Part shown: positions 24,340 through 46,400 of the stretch, one piece after another
Numbering within the stretch: the stretch's first letter is position 1
Layout: each line of letters starts with the position of its first letter
From: Ascidiella aspersa
Lineage: Eukaryota
Reading direction: 5' to 3'
Assembly (NCBI GenBank): GCA_963924565.1
Contig: OZ004608.1
Location: 4,526,001 to 4,590,000 of the forward strand
Length of the DNA: 64,000 nucleotides
The notes under the pieces: generated by a model
The model's input: the letters and a program-made list of their open reading frames with translations, nothing else
Told to the model about the DNA's origin: nothing
Databases searched by the model: none
Translations under genes and position numbers: made by a program

Positions 24340-24689
24340 GGCGGGTTGAGGGGGACGTGGCCCCGTCAAACTGCATTTTTGGTCCATTTTTATTACTTAA
24401 ATGCAATAATTTGCCTATTTTTTAACTGAGTGAATGCAAAAAACTATATGTTAAGAGAATGTCTTTAGGCCATTTTGATAAAATCGCTTATGCCCAAAGA
24501 CATCATGCGTCTTATTCAACCATCAATATTACAAAGTTTTGGCATCTCAAACGATACAAATGTTTTTTCAATTTGCGTAATCTGACTTTTGTTTGTTAAA
24601 GGAAACATCTATATAGCCTTCATTCTGAAACTTCCAATATTAACCCTAATAAAAATTAAACCAACTGTGTGGCGTTCTTAACTTCATTA

Positions 24690-24914
24690 TGACGTCACCT
24701 TTTGGCGTAATTTTCTGACGTCGCAGTATTTCAAATGGTTAATTGATTAAGATTAGTTCTGATCAAGAATATTGTGAAATTTGGAAAGCATCGCAAATGC
24801 ATGGTTTATTTGCCCCGTTTTCGTTTCACGAGCGTTATGCAACTTACCTGCTTTGTAAAAAAACGCCCCTTAAAAGTCAACACAGAAGGCCCTGGACAGT
24901 CGCCCTTATAATAG
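24690..24914 (+). promoter_or_regulatory. Candidate carboxylesterase promoter
   Basis: CRE palindrome TGACGTCA at 24690-24697, near-CRE at about 24716, and TATA-like cttataatag at 24905-24914, about 60 nt before the ATG. Confidence 0.35.
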
Positions 24915-24968
24915 ATACGGGTCGACATTTTACGAACCATACTATACAAGGCAATTAAGCGAGAAGGT

Positions 24969-34819
<9,851 letters not shown>

Positions 34820-35548
34820 ATAGTTCTTGATGACGTTCGTTTTGGTTTTGGTTTTGGTTATAGATTATAGAAGATGAATTCAAATTAGGTACACTATGCA
34901 CGGATCCATATAATGTAGCTTGAAAATTAATTTAAAAGCCAAAAATACCTGTTGGTTTTAAAACGTCTTAATCAATATAATGTCCATTTACTCGACCTTT
35001 TTGGCTTTAGAATTTAAGTTAAATTTACATAAGTTGAAAATTAAAAAAAAATCGAAATCCTGTTTAGGCGTATATGTTAATAAAGTAAGATCCTGCAATT
35101 TACAAGGTTTTTAACTTTATGAGTTTTGTGTGCGGAACAAGTAAAAATGCTGTCAATCACTTTTCCCTTCATCAAAATACACCTTTTAATTGCCAATTTG
35201 GTTTGCTTTCTTAACCATAACTAATCCCTGATGTGTTCAAGGAACTCGAAATTTGATTTAATTTCTTCGATTTACTTTTGAGACTAGCACGTCAAAATAT
35301 TATTAACACCGAACCCAATACTTAATTTATTTTACTTTGGACAAGTGTGATCCCACATACGGCCGCACCTAGTCTCGTTTTATCGGTCGTATAACTTAGT
35401 TCAAATATTAGCTCGGGTCTTCTTATCACCCGATTGCGATACAATTTAAACATACGTCATTTAAGAGAGGTTGTGGGAAAATGACAAGCTGTCCCAACAC
35501 CTTCAACATTACACGTATAGCCAGTAGGTCCTAGTTATTAGCCTACAC

Positions 35549-35663
35549 CAGTGCTTTTCAACCTTTTTGCTGAAGTGGAACCCTATGGAAACATTTCACT
35601 GGGAGGAACCCCAGTGTGATAAACACACCTCAATTAGCTGATAGCAATTTAGAAGAACCACTG
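35549..35663. mobile_element. 115-bp minimal hAT MITE
   Basis: Ends CAGTGCTTTTCAA ... GAAGAACCACTG; perfect 8-bp TSD GCCTACAC (35541-35548, 35664-35671). Confidence 0.85.
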
Positions 35664-35684
35664 GCCTACACATATAGCCACCAG

Positions 35685-36047
35685 TCGGTATTTGATATTT
35701 TGTTCCGATACCAATACCCGATATTTTGGGCAAAAAGTATCGCGATCCGATACCAAATGACGTCATTTATATTCTCAAAGAAATGAAATTGAAAGATTAA
35801 ACGGTAATATTTTCTAGGTTATTAGGCCACAATGTGCTTTAGCGTTAATAAGTTGAGCTACGGTACCTCTGAATTTGAGCCTACTACTATTTTTTCATAA
35901 CTTTACTTTCAAGGTAGAATCGCTGAATTGCAGATCGTGGCTGAAATTGCTATTTTAATTTAGTATCCGATGGCACTGATACCGCCCTAGTATCGGACGG
36001 TATCGATAATTACATTTGGCATCGGGTATCGGCTCCGATCTGATATT
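35685..36047. repeat. CCGATAC/GTATCGG-rich element (TAGGGATG-ended, Ac-like family)
   Basis: Multiple ccgatac / gtatcgg motifs; related segments at 10651-10690 (taggggtgtccaataatatcagatcggcgccgatac) and ~23541-23905 (ends ggacatcccta). Confidence 0.6.
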
Positions 36048-37461
36048 TTCGAACTTCCACAATAGTCAGCGTTGGTTCCCGCTTGTCTTACACGTTATTT
36101 ATAAAGCGGTTTTACCGTTCATGGTAGTATCATAGGCCTGTTTGGGTTTTATGATTGCTTCAGTCACCCAAAAAACCTTTCATTTAGATTTCCGACTAGG
36201 AATGTTTGCACATTTACTATTGAATAATAAAATTACACCAAATGACCTAATATATTAATTTGTATAGAAACGGATTTATCTACAAATAAACGCTAAGCTC
36301 GGGGCGAGTCCTTACTTATAGCCACACAAAAAGTTGCAAAGATTATGTTTATTTCCTATTCAGCCGGAAACTCAATTGTTTTGGCCTCTTAGCCTACTTG
36401 TTAAAATATATATTTTCTTAATTAGCGATATGCACATACTAAACGTAATTGCGCAAATGGTTTGGTGCTTCTGCTTATTTAAGTGACTGTGCACTTAGGC
36501 GGAACACTAGGCCACAGTACTAAACCCTATTACTTGATGTTTAACTTACACAAACATTATTTGCTAACAAGAACAGACTGACTTCATCTCAATTGTGATA
36601 ACAGAAGCTATGTCGAATTGCACTGATTAAACACATATTTGATTTCTTTTTTTTAATTCGACAATTCAACAGATAAGCTTGGACAGAATATGCCCGAAAA
36701 CTGACAAGTAACAGGACAAACATGGTTGAAATTGCAAGTATCAGGTGAAATGAAACAACAAAAACCTCTCCATTGCATAATACAACACAAATTAAAAGTG
36801 CGTTTTTAGCTGTTTTCAAGTAAAATTAAAAGTGTAACTTATTATTATAATCAGTCAGGTGTGGTTTTGCCGTAGAAAAGTGTAAGTTTTTTCAGGTATA
36901 ATTTTCGGTTATAACGAAATACTGTTTTTTGCGGGTATATGAAATAACAGTGATGTATACTAATTTCGGGACACGAAAAAAACACATTTCGGTGACCGCG
37001 AATTAGATAAAGAATTAAAAACAAACGTTAACAGAAAAACAAACATATAAAACAAAGACATGAAACGGACATGGTCAGCAACGGCTGCCATTAGTGCAAG
37101 AGCACTGGACAAACAAAACTGGGACAAACACTGATAGACAGGGACAGATAGACAAACATACAATTATGACAAGACAATGACAAGACAGACCGACAGTATT
37201 TTGTCACAAGGCAAGGCACAAATTATACAAAAAGAAAATAAACAGAAATAGGAGATAAACACACCTAAATTAGAACTAGTAGACGTACGACGGTTCAGAG
37301 CGTTAGTAGTTTCGTAAAGGGGGGCGTCCCGCGCTACAGGTGTGGTGTTTATGTACAGCAGCGCCTAACTTTAAGTGTAGATGGTAACTAGTATATACGA
37401 TGGTAAAAAGGCGAAGGACGCCGGCACCCTTTACAGCTAGTGATGGTGTTAAGGTAATGTT

Positions 37462-40400
37462 CTATCGCGGCGAACTTGAACACACAGAAGTGGCAACGCC
37501 TACGTCATTGACTTGACAGGTGCAGGTAACCCTTGACCCGGCGTCGGCGTGTTCGCTAATGTAGGTGCTCAAGCGTGTTTGGAAGTTGTTGTCGCTCTGT
37601 AAAATAAGTTAAAAGATTAGTATTAGTCGGCAAACTTAAAAAAACATATAGTTAATTAAAATCCCCCCAAAAAGTTAAAAAAAACTGTTAGTTAGCTAAA
37701 ATCTGGAAAGTAAAGTGGTCCAATGTTTTAAGGTTAACCATAAGTTAGTGATAATATGCGAAAAACTACTAGCAAGCGAAAGAGAAAATTTACTGGACGA
37801 CTTTAAGTTATTAATGTAGTAAAGTGATCGGCTACTATTTACATGGTACAGTTTATTATTTAGGTACACTTTGCATATATCTGTAATTAATGTAGCTTGA
37901 AAATGCATGTCAAAGCTGATTATAATTAACTGATAATAACAAAAGTGCGTTAAGAAACTTTATTTTAAAATAATGTCGATTTACTTAACCCATATATGTC
38001 TTTGACATTCATCTCAAGCTACAGTTTACCATGTTTTCGGTGTATAACTCACCATTTGGCTGGCATCCCACACAGATCCGCCAGTGACAGTCGCCAGAGG
38101 TACACACGCGTCGGTCTTGCTCGCCTTCACAACCGAACTTGCAACATCTTGTTTCGAGAAAGCTCGGTTCGTGTCAAATCCGTACATCTGAAGACGGATT
38201 TGGTTTGTTTAGGATTTTGTCAAAAACTCACGTGTTGGTGTTTAAAGCTCGCTTTTTTGAAATTGTTTTATTTTGCATCCAATTTGCTTGCAACTTGCAA
38301 GCCTTTTTTAAGGCAAACTAATAGTAATTAGAATATTTGTTAATAAAAAAAAACACTTTAAAACCCAAATTGTTAAGTCTTACAGTGTTCTAAACCATGT
38401 TAGTTTTTCCGTGAATCTTTAAAGTTAAAATAATATTTGCTTTAATATGATTAATAACTCATTATCCGCCTATATAAATTACCACTAAAGAACACTTGTT
38501 ATTTGACTAAAAATACTTTTCTTACCGATTTCCTTCCAGCTCTGATGGGGCTGTTTGGAATGTGGTGGAAATCGGCTCCCAGCTTCTTCACTTGCCATTC
38601 GACGTTGCCGAAAGAAACCTGGACGGGAAAAAGAGAATTTTTTAGCAAAATTTTACTGATAAGAAATCAAACAGAACTTGCGCCTCGCGTTTAACTAAGG
38701 AACTTAAGATGCTAAAATATTACCAAACATGCCATTTTTTACAGACAAAATCAATTTTGTTTAAGGTTGTTTATAAGATATTTCCAACTAAGGGAAAATG
38801 GTAATAGGCGAGATCAATTTACTTTTCAAGTAATTAACGATCTAAGTTAACATTGGAACGAAAATCCAACAAATCTATCCAAATCCTTTTAAAAACAAAA
38901 TGCTAACAATCTGAACCAAACGAACTGCCAAGGTTACCATATAATTATTTTAAACAACTCTTGTCTACTTAATGCACACGCAAAACGTTTGTCTACTTAC
39001 TGCGGTTTCCTGGCTACATTCTCCGCACGAAAGCAGGACGATGATCGGCTTTACTCCGGCCCTGAACTTAAGTGTAGTGGCGTAGGATACGGCGGCAAGA
39101 GCATCTCCTTCATTGCTGTCGGACACGTCCATCTTGCGAATAGCCTTAAACAGAGTTTTCTGCGAACAAAAATGCGAAAGTTTTAGTTTGGTCTCGCAGA
39201 AGCAAGAATTGGCCGAATTGGTATTTGTGTAAGACAGAGGCTTTGAACCTATGGGTAATTAACAAAATTATCGTCATAGGCAATCGTATTTTAGTCATGA
39301 TGGGTGTTGCAGACGTTTAGGAGTGATTCTAATTTCTTTGATATCTTTTTCTCGTAACCTATTACACACAGAAAAATAAATTGTCAAAGACCATTACAAT
39401 TTTATTGTGATATGCCAAAAACTGCTTGGTTGCCAAAACCTATAAATTGTGACTATTAATTTGGTTGTTCTCCTGTAAAATTAGATTTTTGAATCCGCCA
39501 TGTCTCGTGATTTATTATGTCCAGATTTTAAGTGATCATTGAGAGAAATAACTTGGGTCGAAATGAAGTGTTTTTTTGGTATTTTATTATAAATATTGAG
39601 CTATTTATTTCAAGTTTTGCACCAAAAAAAATTAGATTTGCAACCTGTCGATTAGTTATTTTTTGGTTGAATTATTATTGTTGATAATCGTACGAGTTTA
39701 CCAATTTTAATGGTCGTCGATTTATTATTATAAGAGTGATTTGACTCGGAGATGACCTGCTCTGAATGACTTGACTTGTTGATTTTAAAAACAAAATGTC
39801 TTCGAGTTAAGTTATTTCATAAATGGCTTGACTTGGACTTAAAACTGACTTGTTTACAACACTGATAGTTACCTTGTTGGTGGTGTAGTCACGTCCTTGC
39901 ATTGTGAAAGTGTGAGGAGCCTCGTCAGCTCCAAACCCAACCACGTAGAATCTGGAGTCACGGAGTCTGTCGCCGTGCAGTTTCGTGGCAAGTTTCTTGG
40001 TAAACCTCTTCATCGATTTCACGGTCCGTCTGACACGAACGTTAAACGCAATTAGCTTTTTTCTTCGCTTGGATGTCTTTATGCTTTTAGACTCTTGTCA
40101 AAATTAGGCATTGTTTCTGATTAGGTTTTTTTGCATTAAATGGAATTTTTTGTCACTTTAGAATTAAATTAAGATGATCCGAGTTTTACATTTTGTGGAA
40201 TAAAGTTAAGATGTGGTTTTACAAAATTACTGTTTGGCTAAAAATATCTGCCAATTAACAACTTAATCACATTTTGAAAAAAGGTGATTTGCAAATTCAC
40301 CTTAATTGAGGCAAGAGTATATACTGTGGGGAACAAATCGCCAACAGAAAGCATTTAACAATTCATTTCAATATGGCCGAAATTATCACCCTTAATAAAT

Positions 40401-43400
40401 GTTCTAAAAGTTCTATCCCAGAAATCTCTATTTTACAATTTATTTTCTTCGAGAGTTCAGTATCTTCCAAACAAAAATCGAAAAAAAATTCAAGTTCCGA
40501 CGGTTTTCAGACGTCGGGTTCGAACCCCACCTCAAGCAAGTGCTTTCTTGTACAACGAAGACGAGGTCGACTCCAGTGACGGACATGGCCCTGGTGCGTC
40601 CGGCGGCAAAGTGGTGCCCGTGGGCGTCCTGGCAGCTCTGGCACTGGTGGGGCATGACCAGGGGCGCACCGGCCAACTTACAGCGGTAAAGGTAGGCTGC
40701 AGAAGCGGCGCAAGACTTGTCCTGTGGATTAAATATTGTTGTAGTTAGATTTAGTATTTTTTGAAGTTATTTGATAGATTAGTCTTGGTTGATAGCCCTT
40801 ATAGAAAATACTGAAAACAAGTGGAACTTTGACAATTGTTTTCACTTTTGATTGATTAGACATTGCTTTGGGAGCACACTTGTTAACCTTAATATTCTAG
40901 ACTGGTCCTGTGGATTTAAATAGGATTGTAATGTTGCACTGAATATGTGATAATAAAAATTTGACCCTTGCAAGATAAATGTCGACCTCAATTTCTGATC
41001 AGTAACAGCAGAATAGACTAGCAAAGCTAGCAATTCAGGCCAGACACTATTAAAATATCTTTTAAGATATATATAAATTTCGCCGGCAAAGACATCTTCA
41101 GTATATGTTAATTCGAATAAATAATTCGAAAGATCTTTTAATAGTGTCTGACCTGAATTGCTAGCTTTGCTAGAGTACTCTGCTGAGATAGGGTTGTAGT
41201 TAGATTTAGTATTTTTTTAAGTTGTTAGAAATATTAGGTATTGCTTTGGCGTTTCTAATTCTTTTGAGCCCAAATTCGCAATAAAACATGTTAACGTTAA
41301 TATTATAGGGTTCGTTGTTAACGATAAATATGTAGTTATTAAAAATAGTTTTTTAGGTGTAATAAAGGGGGTTTAATTTTCGAGAGCGAATTTTTTTCTA
41401 TATGATCACGACTTCTTGTTGCATCTTATCGACTATAAATTACTGGCTTTTATCTAATATAAGACGAGATTCTCGGTTTAGCAAGAGTGGGTGTTTCTCT
41501 TCGCTTCCACACCGACACTCAATGTTGTAATGAATTAAGTCAATGACTTGACTTAAGTGCACTTAGGTCACTCTTTTCAAATGACTTGACTTAAGTCTTT
41601 TGCGCAAAATGACTTGTTTACAACACACTGACACCCACCCTGTTTCCACTGTCGCACACATCGTCCTGGCACATCCTCATGAACTCGGCGGGATCAACCA
41701 CCGGGAAGCAGGATCTAAATGGCGAAGATGAGCTCTTGAAGAGGTCGGCGCACGTCTCCGGGATGTTGTTGCTGGCACATGGGCGGTAGCTGTTGCGGCT
41801 GGCGCAGGAAACGCTGGAAGTCTGGGCAAAATGAAGGACAAAGTTTGTTATGATGTTTGGTCAGTTTTTTCAATTAACTGTATTTTTTTAGATTTAACAG
41901 GTCCTCGTTTACCTATCACTTCATTTACAAACTTAATAAATAGCGCTAAACGTGTGAAGAATACGATTATATACATAAAATTTACCTTCAGTACCTATGA
42001 TACTAATATGTAGGCTACATACGATTTAATATCAGTAGACATTTACATACAAATCAATATTATTCCATTAGAAACTTAATAAAACTCATGAACAATAATA
42101 AAACTTATAAAAAATAATAATAATCGCATTCTTACCTCCCATTCACTGGCGAGCTCAGCTGGGTCAGCGACCTGCCTGAGGTCAGGAGCCATAAAGTCAT
42201 CCGATGGTTCGTTGTTGAAGAGTCCCAGCATACCACCGGTGGAACCGAAGTAGTAGGGTGAGACATCGACCATGCAAAGCTCAGTCTTGAAGTTGCAAGC
42301 AACATCTACGTCGCCGTCCACGTGACGTAGGTGAACCACCTCGCCCTCCAAGGTCACTGCGATCTGTGAAGGTCGTTGTAGTTGTTGAGTTAAACAGGGT
42401 CGGAAAAATTACTAAAAAAAATAACTTAAAATGGCTACGTTTGGTGGAACTACGAACATTTATAATTATCTTCTTGTTTATTTAATCCCAAAAAAGAATG
42501 TGCAAGCTGGATTAGGGATTTATATTTAAAAAGAATCTTTAATTTGATTCCACATTACTTCTCAGGTTAAACTCACGTTGTCGATATGCAGAGGCGTGTC
42601 TCGTGCGTGTCCGTTCACTTGCACTGTGTAGTCGCTGAACACCGACACCTTGCGGTTGTCGACGATCAGCTCGATCGACGGTTTGGTGTCGCTAGAGAGG
42701 TCGCCGTAGGTCATGGCGACTGTGAACTTGTTGGTCCTGGTGTCGGTGACAAGCACAACGGTGCTGGGACAGTCGCTCGAATATTGGAAGTGGCGTTTGT
42801 CAAAGGTGCTGAAGTGGTCGAAACCGGATACAAAGGCGTGGCCCTGTGTGTGTGGAGAAAAGAGTAAGTTGGTTAACTAATGGCATAATGTTAGACTGCG
42901 TTTGGTCAGTAGGCATCAATTCGCCTTAAATATTCATCAATTCGCCTTAAATATTTCTACAAACAACCCTTACCTTGAACGGAGGAAGGAGTTCTTCGCG
43001 GCTCATGTAGACCACCGATCTGATCTTGTAGTACTGGTCGACATACGCGTACAGCTTGTTGACAGCTGCGTCCATCTGTACAGCAAGGGCAGTCTCGGCA
43101 AGCCAGGCCTTGATTTCGTCGATGGTTGGTACCGGGACGAAGTGATCAAGCTGCATTTAAAAATATATATACAGTTACCATTGGTTATACAATAGACTGA
43201 AATCTTGGCTCCGTAGTTCCATTCTTTACAGTGTTAAAGATACTGGATTTTTATGTTGAAATTGAGACAGGATTTCGCTATCCATTTTAATTGGAAAAGG
43301 TCGGACGGTGAAAATAACCACAACCAGAGTATTCAGTTAAAGCGCTTTGGGTGCACTGTAGAACCAACCAGAAATTTTACCTTTACTGCTTTTTCCACAA

Positions 43401-46400
43401 CTGGCGTTTGGCCGCTGTAGGTTTTTGATTGTTTCATATACATTATTCGTAATTTTGAACTAGAGAAGATAAGTGAAAGCACATAACAAATTTTTTCAAA
43501 GTTTTTATCGAATTTTTTTACCGATTTTTCACATGTTTGTAATTCGAAAAGGTCTAGTTTAATTTGAAACCTACCTCGAACTTAAGAGGGATGTTGATGA
43601 TGATTGCAGAATCGGTGATAGCGATCAGCTCCGAAAGTGGTCTCCTGCAAGCGATGAAGGTCGCTTCTCCGTTGGTGAGGATAAAAGCGGAAGTCTTTTC
43701 GATGACCTCATCAATCAGCTCGTTGAAGACCTCATCAGCGTTCACCTTTGCGAGAATACGAGCTACGAAGCTCAGCTGGGATTTAAACTCGGTTCCGATT
43801 TGTCTCAGGAAAGCGCCGTAGTGCTGGTCCACTACGTCAGCGAAGGGCTGCGCGACAGTGGACATCAGTTGATCAACAGCTTCCTGGAGCATAAGTACAG
43901 CGCGTTGCAGCTGGACTTGAACGATTGTGTGCGAGCTGTCGTAGTTGTCCGAGGCCCCGTTGAAGATGCTAGAAACCTGCTTCATGGATCCGACTCGCAT
44001 TTCGTTGATCTTAGCGATTGCGCGATCGATGGCCGCTGTGTTCATCTGGCGGACGTTATCACTTCCACTGACCGCTGAACGGCAGGACAAGAGGAAGTCT
44101 ACAAGCTGGTCAGCAAGCCAGTTGATCTTCCTGGTCACTTCGTTGTCGCAGGTGGACAGCATCTTGCGTAGGAAGTCGGTCACAACCGGGTATCCCTTAA
44201 ACTCGACCTGAATGAGCCTCTCGTCGACCAAGTTGATTGAAACCTTGCCGATCTTTGCCTGGCTCAGTCCGTCGCGTTGTACTTCCAGCAGGGCGTAAGC
44301 TGACTCTGCGTTCACTCCAACTAAGAGGTGAAGGGTGTGGATTGGTTCGTCGTTGTTCATGTATCCAATCCACATATCTAAACCGTCACGAGTAGTGCTG
44401 TAACCGTACACAAACTGCAGACCGGTGCTGGCCGCTTCGGAAGCTAGGGTCTTCATCAAATGACCGGCCTGGGTGATGATCTGGGTCAGGTCGCCGCTCA
44501 TAGTAGTCTCCTCCATGCCTGGGCTGTTCACAGTCACGCTAATCACTCGGCTCTGCTTGGCGTAGGCCAGTGCGAGCTTCCAGAGCTTTCTCTCAACGCT
44601 GTTGTAGTTCTTCACGATCACTTCGGTGGCGATGCGGTCATCTGCGTCCACCCCGCTGATGATAACATGGCTGTCAATGTTGGAAGCCGGGTAGCCGAAG
44701 CTCAGGGTTGCAGTCTTGTCGAAGCCGTTCTCGTTGCGAACAACCTCAATTCTTCCAGTGACGTCATCTGGCTCTCCGACCGGACTGTACTTGATGGTGA
44801 TGGATCCGTCCAGCATTCGGTCGCCTCCCGCCATGCGATATTGTGCCTGTGTCTTTACCTGTTCAATCAGCTCGTTGTCGTAGGTGAGGATGAGACGGAT
44901 GCCATTGGGCTTTGCGGTTAACTTGGCGCTGCCGGTGTTAACACGTGGCACGTGCATGCCGAAGATCTCAAGGTCGTGCGGGTGTGTCAAGGTCAGATCT
45001 CCCATGAAGCGCTTGTCGTGATCCAGGACTCGAACGTTGTAGTTGCCGTCCACGTGGTACTGGTTCCCGTCCAGGTCCATAGTTGCACTGAAGGCTGGGA
45101 TCTGTCTGCTTCCTTGCTGTTGGAAACTGTACCAAGAGGTAAGTCCAAGAGTACGGACAAGAAGCCACTTCGAAAGAGGTCCTGTTGTGATCATCGCCTT
45201 CATCGTCTTGTTGATTTGCTCGCCGTCATCCAATTCTCCTGCTCTCATTTCGAATCCCATCTTTGGCATGTCGTCGATCTGGAGGAACCCTCTTCCTTGT
45301 TTGACGCTTGCGGAATTGGAGGAGTCGGTGTCGATCTTAAGGTAACGGAGGAAGGGGACGTCGTAGTAGGCGAGCCTCCACAGGAGGTCGAAAGTGTGTC
45401 CGGTGGAGGTTGGCCTGTAGTTTTTCACCAGGGAAACCGCCTCTTCTCCCTTGACTAGGATGCGCCAGTCGCTCTCGTAGAGTCCAGAGGAAGAGATGGT
45501 CATCACTCCGCGGGTCGTGAATGTCTCAGGGATGGAATAGAAGAAGGGCTGGCGGATAACAACTGTAAGGTCGTGCTGGCCAAGAGCCTGGGGCAAGTCT
45601 CCAGCGTAACGAACGCCAATTCCGAACACGGAGCCGTCGAGGTCGACGCCGAAGTTGGTGATGAAGAGGTCAGGGGTTCTCTGGTCCTTGTCTGACTTCA
45701 CAGTTAGTTTGCCGAAGCCGAGATCCTTGGAGGGCTGAGTGAGCGAGATGGTGTGCTGTTCGCGGAGATCCTGCATCGTGCAGTTGGCCACAAACTCAAG
45801 GCTCTCGTCAGCGCTTCCCCACTGGACCTTAATGGTTTTCACGTGGTTGTCAGAACTGGTTACGTTGGAGCCCGAAAGGATCACAGTGCTGGCCGTTTCG
45901 CTCCATGGCTGTGTGAGTCGCACGTTGAATCGATTGGGCGCAAATTCACCGGCAAAGGCAAGGGTGCTGTCGCCGTACTCGGCCTGGAGCTTGCAGTTGT
46001 AGGTCTCGCGCTCGGCGTCCACGGAAGAGTTAAGCGACGTTGAAAAGGTGAAGGGCATCAGGTGCAGCTCAGAGAAGGCAAAGAGCCCGCCGTAGAAGTC
46101 GAAAGCGTCGTTGCCGGACGGACAAGCGTACAAGGAGAAGTGCATCTCTTCGTTTGTGTCGCGATCGGTCAGCATAAAGGTGGCGGTCGAGTTACCAGTC
46201 TTCTTCTGGAACATGGACAGCGATCCGACCATGTCCAGGTTAACCTCGAGCGGCGCGAAGATAACAGCCACGTTCATGTCCTTGGTAGGCTCGCTGGCGT
46301 AGGTGCCGGTTACCGAAGCAATGCTGCCCTGGGGCGAGTTGATTGCGAACTCGATCTGTCTGTTCTGGACGTTGAAGGTGAGGTAGTGCCTGTCGTCAGC

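Noticed and set aside
40511-40531. B-box-like GGGTTCGAACCC suggesting a tRNA/SINE
   Set aside because: It is a short palindrome at an intron donor with no A box or cloverleaf.
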